Under the pieces are notes generated by a model that ran no database searches, was not told the DNA's origin, and saw nothing but the letters and a program-made list of their open reading frames with translations. Positions 1 to 8,863 of a stretch of DNA of 64,000 nucleotides are shown here, piece after piece. Made by a program: the position numbers and the translations under genes. Positions within the stretch are counted from its first letter, which is position 1, and every line of letters starts with the position of its first letter. The stretch is from an uncultured Gammaproteobacteria bacterium. GTDB taxonomy: Bacteria > Pseudomonadota > Gammaproteobacteria > Steroidobacterales > Steroidobacteraceae. Where the stretch lies: the NCBI GenBank assembly GCA_963783185.1, contig CAWAMT010000008.1:126827-190826 (forward strand). Reading direction: 5' to 3'.

Positions 1-226
1 GGGGAACCCCAAATTCATTTGAGGCCGATATGGCGATATCGCGCGCCGTCGTAAGGTTCGCTGAGACCAAATGGGTGACCAAGCTAATGCGCTTTTCTTT
101 AGATTTGGCAATAGCGTCCTGCATGGCTACTTCGTCCAACAGCCCGTCTTGGACGAGCCGCTGCGCAAGGCCCCCCAATGCCATGCGGCTGGTACTACCA
201 GCCGTTGCTACTGCGTTGTCATTCAT
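1..226 (-). CDS. pilB: type IV pilus assembly ATPase PilB, N-terminal fragment (gene runs off the window start)
   Basis: Minus-strand ATG at 226. Translation MNDNAVATAGSTSRMALGGLAQRLVQDGLLDEVAMQDAIAKSKEKRISLVTHLVSANLTTARDIAISASNEFGVP fits the PilB/T2SSE N-terminal domain pattern. Absent from the ORF track because it has no stop inside the window. Lies directly downstream of the pilin genes. Confidence 0.7.
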   Translation of the reverse strand, partial: MNDNAVATAGSTSRMALGGLAQRLVQDGLLDEVAMQDAIAKSKEKRISLVTHLVSANLTTARDIAISASNEFGVP

Positions 227-413
227 AGACTTACGGAAAACCCCATGCGCTAAAGGCGACTACTCTATTACTGCTCCCAGATGAGCAATTGTCAAATAGG
301 CCCCAATGGTCGCATACGGGATGGGGAGGCTACGTGACTTTCCTCCCAATATCGGACCTGGAGGCCAGGGATTTCGAGTGACTGGTGTTCGGCTTGTGCC
401 GCTTTGGGAATGG

Positions 414-438
414 GAAGCCCCTCGTGAAGAGGGGCTTC
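414..438 (-). terminator. GC-rich hairpin downstream of pilin copy 1
   Basis: Perfect 10-bp stem gaagcccctc/gaggggcttc with a 5-nt loop, about 40 nt after the stop at 481. No clear U-tract. Confidence 0.45.
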
Positions 439-480
439 CACATGACCTCAGGTACACGCCCAGCGTCCCGCCAGATACTA

Positions 481-975
481 TTACGTGTGGCAGACCGTCG
501 GCAGATACTGCGGAAAGCCAGTGGCAATGGTCGACGCTACGACAGCGTCACCGGCTGGCAAGTTCGCACCGGCCGGGACGAGCGCATTGCCGCACACCCA
601 CACCACGTCGTTATTGGCGTTGGTATAGGCGTTCAGAGACAACGTCAGGCCGAGAAGCTTCGCATTCGCCTGCGAACCATACGTTGCAGTAATAGCACCC
701 AGGTTGCTGGTGATGCCCGTGACGTACTTGCCGGCCGCGGTGACTTGACCGGAAGCCAGGACTTGCGCGGTAGTTGGGAACTTGCCGTTATTGGCAAAGT
801 ATTCCGCAGCCTGTGTTTTCCAACCGTCCATGAGGTTCAAACCTTCCGTCACCTGGGCACGGATGGTGTAGTTCTGGTAGGCGGGAATCGCGATCGCGGC
901 CAAGATACCGATGATGGCAACCACGATCATCAATTCGATGAGTGTGAAACCCTTATGCCTTCGTGCGTTGCTCAT
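481..975 (-). CDS. pilA: type IVa major pilin (copy 1)
   Basis: 164-aa ORF. The N-terminus MSNARRHKG|[27 protein letters not shown] is a canonical prepilin leader plus conserved hydrophobic helix. C-terminal Cys...Cys loop (CGNALV...PTVC). RBS aggagg lies 8 nt upstream of the ATG. Confidence 0.95.
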   Translation of the reverse strand: MSNARRHKGFTLIELMIVVAIIGILAAIAIPAYQNYTIRAQVTEGLNLMDGWKTQAAEYFANNGKFPTTAQVLASGQVTAAGKYVTGITSNLGAITATYGSQANAKLLGLTLSLNAYTNANNDVVWVCGNALVPAGANLPAGDAVVASTIATGFPQYLPTVCHT

Positions 976-1020
976 TGTCAGTGCCTCCTAATCATTTAAT
1001 CAATTTTACTGCTTTGCTTC

Positions 1021-1049
1021 AAAAAGAAGCCCCTCCGGGGAGGGGCTTC
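1021..1049 (-). terminator. rho-independent terminator after pilin copy 2
   Basis: Hairpin at 1026-1049 (gaagcccctc / 4-nt loop / gaggggcttc) followed on the minus strand by TTTTT (1021-1025), about 40 nt after the stop at 1091. Confidence 0.7.
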
Positions 1050-1090
1050 CGTACGACCTCAGGTACATCCCGGGGTCCCGCAAGCCACTA

Positions 1091-1582
1091 TTAGGTGTGG
1101 CAGACCGTCGGCAGATACTGCGGAAAGCCAGTGGCAATGGTCGACGCTACGACAGCGTCACCGGCTGGCAAGTTCGCACCGGCCGGGACGAGCGCATTGC
1201 CGCACACCCACACCACGTCGTTATTGGCGTTGGTATAGGCGTTCAGAGACAACGTCAGGCCGAGAAGCTTCGCATTCGCCTGCGAACCATACGTTGCAGT
1301 AATAGCACCCAGGTTGCTGGTGATGCCCGTGACGTACTTGCCGGCCGCGGTGACTTGACCGGAAGCCAGGACTTGCGCGGTAGTTGGGAACGTGCCGTTA
1401 TTGGCAAAGTATTCCGCAGCCTGTGTTTTCCAACCGTCCATGAGGTTCAAACCTTCCGTCACCTGGGCACGGATGGTGTAGTTCTGGTAGGCGGGAATCG
1501 CGATCGCGGCCAAGATACCGATGATGGCAACCACGATCATCAATTCGATGAGCGTGAAGCCTTTTTGCATTTTCTTAAACAT
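1091..1582 (-). CDS. pilA: type IVa major pilin (copy 2)
   Basis: The ORF track gives 1091..1606. ATG 1582 is preferred (MFKKMQKG|FTLIELM...) because aggag lies 5 nt upstream. The mature sequence differs from copy 1 by one residue (NNGTFP vs NNGKFP). Confidence 0.95.
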   Translation of the reverse strand: MFKKMQKGFTLIELMIVVAIIGILAAIAIPAYQNYTIRAQVTEGLNLMDGWKTQAAEYFANNGTFPTTAQVLASGQVTAAGKYVTGITSNLGAITATYGSQANAKLLGLTLSLNAYTNANNDVVWVCGNALVPAGANLPAGDAVVASTIATGFPQYLPTVCHT

Positions 1583-1654
1583 TTTGACTCCTGATGATGA
1601 ACACAAACAAACTTAGTCTTTCGAACAACGGCCTGTGCCGGTGATAGTAGTAGA

Positions 1655-1669
1655 GCAAGCGCTGTGCCA
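1655..1669 (-). promoter_or_regulatory. sigma-54 (-24/-12) promoter for pilin copy 2
   Basis: The minus strand reads TGGCAC-agcgc-TTGCT, matching the TGGCAC-N5-TTGC consensus, about 70 nt upstream of ATG 1582. The PilR (sigma-54 activator) and PilS genes are in the same locus. Confidence 0.75.
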
Positions 1670-1825
1670 AGGAACGATTGGGTCACATAACTCATTGAAG
1701 CAATTTGATTATTTGGCGTAAGTGCTGGGGCCGTTTGACATAGAACCGTCGTCAACCGGCGCCGCCATGTGGCGGCCTTCGTCACACAGTGACAATTTTT
1801 GTCAGCCTGTAGAGCCTGAAGCCGG

Positions 1826-3436
1826 TCACGTTAGCTCTTCGATCTCCTCGTGATACCCATCTTCCGCGTTGATATCCCAAATCTTCGATTTGCCGACGCC
1901 CCCCTCGAGCATCGAGTTGACGGCGCTGTTGGCGGCCAACATGGAGTGGTCTTGATTGTTATAGCGATGCATCCCATTGCGTCCAACCGAATACAGATTC
2001 GGAAACTCGTTGAGATACGAACGAACGGTTTCGAATTCGCGGTATTCGCCGAAGTACGCGGGATACGCCTTGGGGACGCGAACTACCGTCCCGTCGAGTA
2101 GGTCTTGACGGTTGATCAGGCCGATTTTCTCGAGCTCTCCCGCGGCGAAATCGAGGAAGCGACCGTTCTCCATGGACCACAAATCGTCGCCCTCGCGGCA
2201 GAAGTACTCCAACCCCAACCAAATCGTGTCGGGATCCGCGACCAACGCGGGACTCCAGTTATTGAATACTTGCAGCCGGCCGATTTTCACGTCCGGCTCC
2301 TGGATGTATATCCAATTGTCGGGGGGCATGCCATTGCGGGCGATCTGACGTTGCTGACCACGCGGCGCATTCATTCTGCGGAGCAGCAGCCCTGCGGTCA
2401 TGAAATCGCGATACGGAAGCCGCTGTGACACGCGGCTCACGTCATCGTTCTCCGGCTCGAGCATTGCGACCAGATCCCGAACAGGCAGAGTGGAGACCAA
2501 AAAATCGCATGCGACGCTGCGCACTGACCCGGTCGTCTCATCACGGACTGTGACCGCGGCGATCCTGAAACCTTCCCGCTTTATTCCAACTACCCGATGG
2601 CGCAAATGGACGCCTCCTCCCAGCGCGCGCACCCGGCGCGCCACCTCTTCCCACATCTGGCCGGGACCTAACTTTGGATACAGAAAGCGCTCGATGAGGC
2701 TGGTCTCGGTTTGTTTTTGAGAAGAGTCTTTTGATAAGCGAAAGTGGCTCCTCAGCGCGTGACCGATCGCCTTCGTCACCGACAGCCCCTTGATCCGTTG
2801 CGCGCCCCACTCCGCGGAGATCTCTCGGCAAGGTACGCCCCAGACCTTTTCCGTGTACTCCTTGAAGAACGTGCGGTACAGGCGGTCTCCGAATCGATTG
2901 ACGAAAAAGTCCTCTAGGGAGGCGTCCGGGGAGTGGCGAACCAATTTGGCGTGTCCGTAACTTAGGCCAACGCGCAGCGTCTCGATGAGGCCCATATTCT
3001 TGAGCGTGTTCGCATTGAGCTTGAGCGGGTAATCGAAAAAGCGGCGCCGATAGAATATTCTCGACAGACGCTGGCGAAGCAACATGACGGCGTCGGGTGA
3101 GGTGGGTTCAAAAACTGCCGGAGTCACATCGTGCGATTGGTTCTGGTAGTTGATACGCAGCACCTTGTTTGCCTCGACCTGGCCTTCGGCCAACGGAAGA
3201 ATTTCTTGCCACCAGCGCATTACCCAGTCGGATTTCGAAAAAAATCGATGACCACCTAGGTCCAGTCGATTGCCGCGGTAGTTGACGGTCTTTGAAATCC
3301 CGCCCACTTGCTCATCGCTTTCGAACACGATGGGCGTGATATTCGAACGGCGCAGCAGTTCCAGAGCCGCCGTCAATCCAGCTGGGCCGGCCCCCGCGAT
3401 TACGGCGGTCTTTGTGCGTCCATCAGCGGAATTCAT
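1826..3436 (-). CDS. NAD(P)/FAD-dependent oxidoreductase (UDP-galactopyranose-mutase/amine-oxidase-like flavoenzyme)
   Basis: The 701-aa track ORF is a read-through. The real start is ATG 3436: [27 protein letters not shown] (GxGxxG dinucleotide fold), followed by ...[10 protein letters not shown].... Its ATG overlaps the gtrA stop (ATGA). Confidence 0.75.
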   Translation of the reverse strand: MNSADGRTKTAVIAGAGPAGLTAALELLRRSNITPIVFESDEQVGGISKTVNYRGNRLDLGGHRFFSKSDWVMRWWQEILPLAEGQVEANKVLRINYQNQSHDVTPAVFEPTSPDAVMLLRQRLSRIFYRRRFFDYPLKLNANTLKNMGLIETLRVGLSYGHAKLVRHSPDASLEDFFVNRFGDRLYRTFFKEYTEKVWGVPCREISAEWGAQRIKGLSVTKAIGHALRSHFRLSKDSSQKQTETSLIERFLYPKLGPGQMWEEVARRVRALGGGVHLRHRVVGIKREGFRIAAVTVRDETTGSVRSVACDFLVSTLPVRDLVAMLEPENDDVSRVSQRLPYRDFMTAGLLLRRMNAPRGQQRQIARNGMPPDNWIYIQEPDVKIGRLQVFNNWSPALVADPDTIWLGLEYFCREGDDLWSMENGRFLDFAAGELEKIGLINRQDLLDGTVVRVPKAYPAYFGEYREFETVRSYLNEFPNLYSVGRNGMHRYNNQDHSMLAANSAVNSMLEGGVGKSKIWDINAEDGYHEEIEELT

Positions 3437-3843
3437 AACGAGTCTGCAATCCTGGACTGGCCTACGAACAGAATCTGGCGGCGCGCAATGAAGTTGCATG
3501 TGAACGTAAAGCCCGCGGCCAGGCACTTCGCGATGAGGTAATGCAGGCCCAAAAACCTCACTCCGATGTAAATCACTGCTGCGTTGATGAGAAGCCCTAT
3601 GGCCCCGATGGCCACAAAGCTCGCGAGTTCGGCGCGTCGATCCCGAAGCCGATGCTGATTGAACGCGATCCTTAGCGACAGCTCGTAGGCAACCCAGGCG
3701 CCGGCGAGAAATGAAGTCGTCGCCGCCGAGAGATAACCCCAGGAGAAGAAATGCACCAGAGAGAAGAGGATCGTCATGTCGACCACGAGCGCACACCCGG
3801 ACGCAGCGAGATAACCCACCGCTTCGCCTAGAAACTGTTTCAT
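3433..3843 (-). CDS. GtrA-family membrane protein
   Basis: 136 aa from ATG 3843 ([30 protein letters not shown]...). Small and multi-TM with a GtrA-like pattern. ATGA overlaps at both ends indicate an operon. Confidence 0.7.
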   Translation of the reverse strand: MKQFLGEAVGYLAASGCALVVDMTILFSLVHFFSWGYLSAATTSFLAGAWVAYELSLRIAFNQHRLRDRRAELASFVAIGAIGLLINAAVIYIGVRFLGLHYLIAKCLAAGFTFTCNFIARRQILFVGQSRIADSL

Positions 3844-5715
3844 GCGGAGGGAGCCAGAGCTCGCACATGCCGGCAGTCGTAGAGGTTCCAATCCTTCCAT
3901 CTGCCCGACTGCGTGTGACGCATCGGATCAAAGCCTACGCTCTCCCGCGACACGACGAACCCCAGCTGCGGGTCGTTGCATATGGTCTCTAGACGATCTT
4001 TGGTCAGTGGTCTGGACATCGATTTTGGCGCGGTCATGAGCCTCCAATCCGGATCCAACACGGGCAGCAACACCTCCGAACGTCGCCGCACCTCCATGGC
4101 CGTCTCCCGGGAGAAGACGACCCCGGCAGATTGGTCCACGGACAGATAACTCGGCCGTTCGAGCGCGAACCAGGCGAATGAAGCCGAATTGTGCGATGGC
4201 ATGACGAATACGTTGCCATCGACCGGAATCGCCTGGCGCCAGTCCGAAAATTCCGCCGTTTCGGCGGGGGTGATTGCTGGCACGTTGGCTCACGTAGCCA
4301 GGTAAGCTGAATCCGATTCCTGTGATAAGCACGGCCGAGATCACTGTCACCACCCATGCCGAGCGGCGGGTTCTGATCCAGAGCCAGAGAAGCCACACCA
4401 GCACCAAGGCGGGGACTTCGAGCCCCAGAATATTCCTTACCTTCATGATCGTTGAGGGCTCGACGCCTGCTCCGCCATTTCCTGGAACCGCTGCATGCCA
4501 AGATTTCGTGAGAACCCAGGCGGCAATGCCGACTCCGAACAGCCCGGCAGCCCAGCGCAAATACGTTGCGGCGGACTGCGGGAAATGACCCCGTATCAAC
4601 CAAAGAATCAGCGCGAGCGCGCAGAGCGCCGTCGCGCCGTTGTCAGGAAAGACCCAACCAGCTACCAGCAAAATGGCGCAGAGCGGGCCGCAGCTGCCGT
4701 CGTGCCAAACTTTCAATGCTGTGGGCGCGAGCAATAAAACGCTTGTGAAGGCGGTAATCCAAACCCAACGCCAGGCCTGACCTTGGACCAAGACAGCGAC
4801 CGGACCGACGGCACTGGCTACCAAGGCCACCGCAATTCCGCTGGCGCCCACCAGCATAGCTGCCAAACACAGTTTACGTACGCGGATATCACGCAACGCC
4901 ATTACCGTGACCGACAAGCTTATGAAGGGACGGACCGTCAATTCCCAATCATTGAACGACCATAGCTCAGGGAACAGAAACTTCGACCGCTCGCGCACGA
5001 CCTCGAGCCATTCCGCATCCATGATTGCAAGCACATGCTGGGGCATCCGGTATTTCGATGAAATGGCTGCCATGCCAAGGACAATCAACACGCCTACTCC
5101 CGACGCGATCACACTGACTCGCAGCGGCAGCCACAGACATACCAACAACAGGACGCCGGGTAACGCCATCAACGGGTGGATGATCAGCGCGCCGAGCGCT
5201 AGTATCAGGCCAAGCGCCTTCCAACCGCGAAAATGACAGCCAAGTGCGGTTACGATGAGAACCTCAGCCGGCGATCGGGCCGTCAGCCAATCTTCCGAAT
5301 AGTGAAATACGCTATAAGCGCCGTAACTTCCGACGGTAACAATGAGCAAGGCTACGGCAAGGAACGCCATGGCGCTGTCGGAAAGCTGGCGCGCCAGCGC
5401 CCAGGAAGCCGCATAAAAGCCGACACTGCAGATAATCGTCAGCGCCAGAGCGGCATTCTGCAATCCCCAACCTTCGATACACCAGGAATAAAAAGGCGAA
5501 AAAATCGTATAACTGTCCTGCGATACATACCTTAGATATAAATCATGGGCGAGGCCCGGTTGTATCCTCGCGAGCGCCTGAACGGCGTATAGCTCAGCGT
5601 CGCCGGTGAGCCCCTTATATGGGCGCATCCATACCCAAAGCATGATAAGCGTCAACGTCAATGCGATAGAAATGGCTGGCCGGGGTAGCCGATTTGCAGG
5701 CGTATGCGTAATCAA
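3840..5715 (-). CDS. large polytopic membrane protein with C-terminal soluble domain (GT-C-like glycosyltransferase candidate), reading frame broken near 4285
   Basis: ORF 3928..5715 has many predicted TM helices up to ...[10 protein letters not shown], then turns into Arg/Gly-rich non-protein-like sequence. ORF 3840..4283 in another frame ([25 protein letters not shown]...[14 protein letters not shown]...) looks like real protein, and its TGA overlaps the gtrA ATG. TTG start at 5715, 21 nt after the pilR stop. Confidence 0.55.
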
Positions 5716-5736
5716 TGGTCGGATGCGGATCGTCCG

Positions 5737-7074
5737 CTACTCGATACCGAGCTTCTTGATCCGGTAGCGCAATGCGCGAAAACTCATTCCCAAAACCTTG
5801 GCGGCCGCCGTTTTGTTGAACCGCGTCTGTTCCAACGCTTTGAGAATGGCATCGCGCTCGATGTCCTCGAGATGGTCGCCCAAGGCATTGCCATTCGGCG
5901 CGTTCGCGCTCGTTGCCGATCCAACGGGCGAGGGCCGCAATTGGATGTCGCTGGCGCGCACTTCGCCGCTGGTGCTCATGGTGATCGCACGCTCCAGGAT
6001 GTTCTCGAGTTCTCGCACGTTACCGGGAAACGTGTACGATTCGAGGGCCGCCAGCGCATCTTTCGCGAGCATCGGCGGAGTGATTTTCATGCGCCGCCCG
6101 AGGCGGCGCAGAACGGCTTCGGCGAGTTCCGGGACGTCCTCGGGCCGTTCGCGCAGCGACGGCACCCGCAATTCGATGACGTTCACGCGGTAGAACAGGT
6201 CCTCGCGAAATTTACCTTCTGCGACCAACAGCGCGAGATTCTTGTGCGTTGCGGAGAGTATCCGCACGTCGATGCCCACCTCCGATTGTTCGCCGATAGG
6301 GCGCACGGCCTTCTCCTGGATGACGCGCAGCAGCTTGACCTGCATATGCAGCGGCAGATCGGCGATTTCATCGAGAAACAGCGTGCCGCCCTCCGCGGAC
6401 TGAATCAATCCTTTCTTATCGCTGACCGCGCCGGTGAAACTTCCGCGCTTGTGCCCGAACAGCTCGCTCTCCATGAGTTCAGTGGGTATCGCCCCGCAAT
6501 TGACCGGCACAAACGGGCCGTCGCGGCGCGGTCCCGATTCATGGATGAGTTTTGCCACCAGCTCCTTGCCCGTGCCGGATTCGCCGAATATGTGCACCGG
6601 CGCCTGGCTGCGCGCGACGCGCGCAATCATTTCGCGCATGTGCTGCATGGCACTCGAGGTGCCGAGCAAGCGCGGTCCAAACACGCTGGTGTCGCCGTCA
6701 TTGGGGTCGGACAGCTTGATGGCCGTGGCGACCAATTTGCGCAAACCCGCAAGATCGAGCGGCTTGGAAACAAAATCGAACGCGCCCAGTTTCAGGGCGC
6801 GAACCGCCGTTTCCATGTTGCCGTGAGCAGTGATCACCGCGACGGGGACGCTCGGGGAGTATTGCTGTATCCACTTGACCAGGTCCAACCCATCGCCGTC
6901 GGGGAGCTGCATGTCGGTCAGGCACAAATCGAACTGTTCCGTCTTGAGCATGCGCTGGGCGGCGGCGAGGGTGTCGGCCGTTCGTGGACTCAAGTCCATA
7001 CGTTGCAACGTGATGGACAGCAATTCGCAAATGTCCGGCTCGTCATCGACGACCAATACTGCGGGCTTCGGCAT
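5737..7074 (-). CDS. pilR: sigma-54-dependent response regulator PilR
   Basis: Receiver domain (VLVVDDEPD...DLCLTDMQLPDGDG), AAA+ sigma-54 activator core (GESGTGKELVA, ESELFGH) and a C-terminal HTH. Adjacent to pilS and the pilins. Confidence 0.9.
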   Translation of the reverse strand: MPKPAVLVVDDEPDICELLSITLQRMDLSPRTADTLAAAQRMLKTEQFDLCLTDMQLPDGDGLDLVKWIQQYSPSVPVAVITAHGNMETAVRALKLGAFDFVSKPLDLAGLRKLVATAIKLSDPNDGDTSVFGPRLLGTSSAMQHMREMIARVARSQAPVHIFGESGTGKELVAKLIHESGPRRDGPFVPVNCGAIPTELMESELFGHKRGSFTGAVSDKKGLIQSAEGGTLFLDEIADLPLHMQVKLLRVIQEKAVRPIGEQSEVGIDVRILSATHKNLALLVAEGKFREDLFYRVNVIELRVPSLRERPEDVPELAEAVLRRLGRRMKITPPMLAKDALAALESYTFPGNVRELENILERAITMSTSGEVRASDIQLRPSPVGSATSANAPNGNALGDHLEDIERDAILKALEQTRFNKTAAAKVLGMSFRALRYRIKKLGIE

Positions 7075-7109
7075 GGCTCTATTGTAGCGTCAGCGGATCA
7101 AGGTCTGCG

Positions 7110-8735
7110 CTATTCCTCCCAACGCTGCGGATCGCTGAAGACGACTCTAAAAGTACTGCCGCTGCCGCTGCGCGGTTCGTAGAGGAGAATGGCGCGGTTC
7201 AGCTGGCACAATTCGCGAGCGATGAAGAGCCCCAGTCCCGTGCCGCCCTTGCGCCCGGTAAAAAAGGGCTCGAAGATGCGGTCCGCCGCCTCAATATCGA
7301 TACCCGGGCCGCGATCGGACACCTCCAAATAGGGTCGAAAACTCGGGTTAATTCGGCTCAATCTGATTTCGACGCTGATCCCGTCGCGCGCCTCGCCGTA
7401 CTTGACCGCGTTGTCGCACAGGTTCCACACGACTTGACGGAGTTGGCTGGGATCGAACCGCACCTCGAGATCGTCCGCTTCCTCGTAGAGGCCGATCCGC
7501 CCCATCGGGATTTGCATGGTCTCCGAGAACTCGTCCACGAATTCCTCCAGCCAGTCGCCGAGCATCAATCGAGCCGGCTTGGTGGCGTCCCGCCGCGACA
7601 GCTGCAATACGTTGTTGATGATGGTGCTGACTCGTTCGGAATTGTTATGAATGATGTCGGTCAGTCTCCGCTCGTCCGGACCGATACGCGGACTTTCAGC
7701 CAGCAATTGGCCGGCATGGCTCATGGCGCCGACGGGATTGCGAATTTCATGCGCAATGCTGGCGGACAGCCGGCCAAGCGCCGCGAGTTTGCTCTGTTGG
7801 ACGCGCTCCGCGAGAAGGCTGGTGTCTTCCAGGAAAATCAGGGTGGGGCCCGGCGCCAGCCCGCCGAGCGGCGCAAAATGCGGTTGGATCATTCGCGCGC
7901 CATCGGCCGCCACGAAGGTGGAGGGCGCGTCCTCATCTCGCGCACCCTGACGCCAGGTACTCAAGGAGTAAAGCAGGCGCGGCGAGACCTCCCCCACCAA
8001 GGCTCCGGGAACCGCATGAGTGTCGCCGAGAATTTCGGCCGCCGATTCGTTGATCAAACGAATCCTGTCCGCGGCATCGACGACCAGCAAACTCTCGCGC
8101 AGATGCTGCACGATGTACTGGGATAAGTTGGCCAGGTTCGCCAGGTCGACGTCTTTTTGGCGAACGAGATCCTCGCTCTCGCGCATGCGGCTCGCGACCA
8201 CGCTGGCGGATCCCGCGATGGTGAACAGCACCAGCCCCAGAAAACCCGCGGCGGCGTACGCCGTGATATCGGCATGGCCACTGAGTTGCTGCCAAATCGT
8301 GTGCGCGAGGACGGCGAGGGCGGCCAGGGCGGCCAGGAACAGGGCGCTGCGCGGCGGCAGCAGGAACGCGAGGCCGCCCACCGGCACCAGCAGCAGTAGC
8401 CCCAAGCCGCCCGTAATGCCGCCGCAGGCGTGGAGCAGCAACATCAGGCTCGCGAGATCGACGGTTGCCTGAAGAATCGTCTGAATGTGGGCGGTCGCCA
8501 GGCGCCGGCGCACCAAGACAACGTTGCACAACCCGAAACACAGATAAAAAATCGCAACGGCGAAGAAGAGCTCCGGCGAGTCGACGGCTATGCCGCGCGA
8601 ACCGCCGAGGGAATAAAGGCCCAGGAGTACCAGGGGTACCAGGACCCGGTACAGGTTGAGCAGACCCAGCACGCGCCAATTTAGTGCGATCTTGGGACCG
8701 GCACTTCGGTCGAATTGGCGGTTCAAAAGGTCCAC
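7110..8735 (-). CDS. pilS: sensor histidine kinase PilS
   Basis: N-terminal multi-TM region, H-box SASIAHEIRNPVGA and a HATPase_c region (DRGPGI...GGTGLGL). GTG start. Directly upstream of pilR. Confidence 0.9.
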   Translation of the reverse strand: MDLLNRQFDRSAGPKIALNWRVLGLLNLYRVLVPLVLLGLYSLGGSRGIAVDSPELFFAVAIFYLCFGLCNVVLVRRRLATAHIQTILQATVDLASLMLLLHACGGITGGLGLLLLVPVGGLAFLLPPRSALFLAALAALAVLAHTIWQQLSGHADITAYAAAGFLGLVLFTIAGSASVVASRMRESEDLVRQKDVDLANLANLSQYIVQHLRESLLVVDAADRIRLINESAAEILGDTHAVPGALVGEVSPRLLYSLSTWRQGARDEDAPSTFVAADGARMIQPHFAPLGGLAPGPTLIFLEDTSLLAERVQQSKLAALGRLSASIAHEIRNPVGAMSHAGQLLAESPRIGPDERRLTDIIHNNSERVSTIINNVLQLSRRDATKPARLMLGDWLEEFVDEFSETMQIPMGRIGLYEEADDLEVRFDPSQLRQVVWNLCDNAVKYGEARDGISVEIRLSRINPSFRPYLEVSDRGPGIDIEAADRIFEPFFTGRKGGTGLGLFIARELCQLNRAILLYEPRSGSGSTFRVVFSDPQRWEE

Positions 8736-8863
8736 GTCTTCCGTCCAGGTCCTTGCGGCTTTGCGCTGGAGTTAAGCTTAATTCAGAATAGCGCGCCTCA
8801 ATGCGACCAGATCGGCACTCGAGGATAATTTATGAATCTGCACGGATATAGTAGGGGATCGGA

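Noticed and set aside
1826-3931. 701-aa ORF taken as a single protein
   Set aside because: The first ~165 residues are non-protein-like read-through across gtrA in another frame. A clean ATG with a Rossmann motif at 3436 and an ATGA overlap with gtrA define the real start.
5704-7182. 492-aa plus-strand ORF
   Set aside because: It lies entirely antisense to pilR. It is Arg/Ala/Gly-rich with no motifs, a typical shadow ORF of a high-GC gene. The minus-strand PilR reading is unambiguous.
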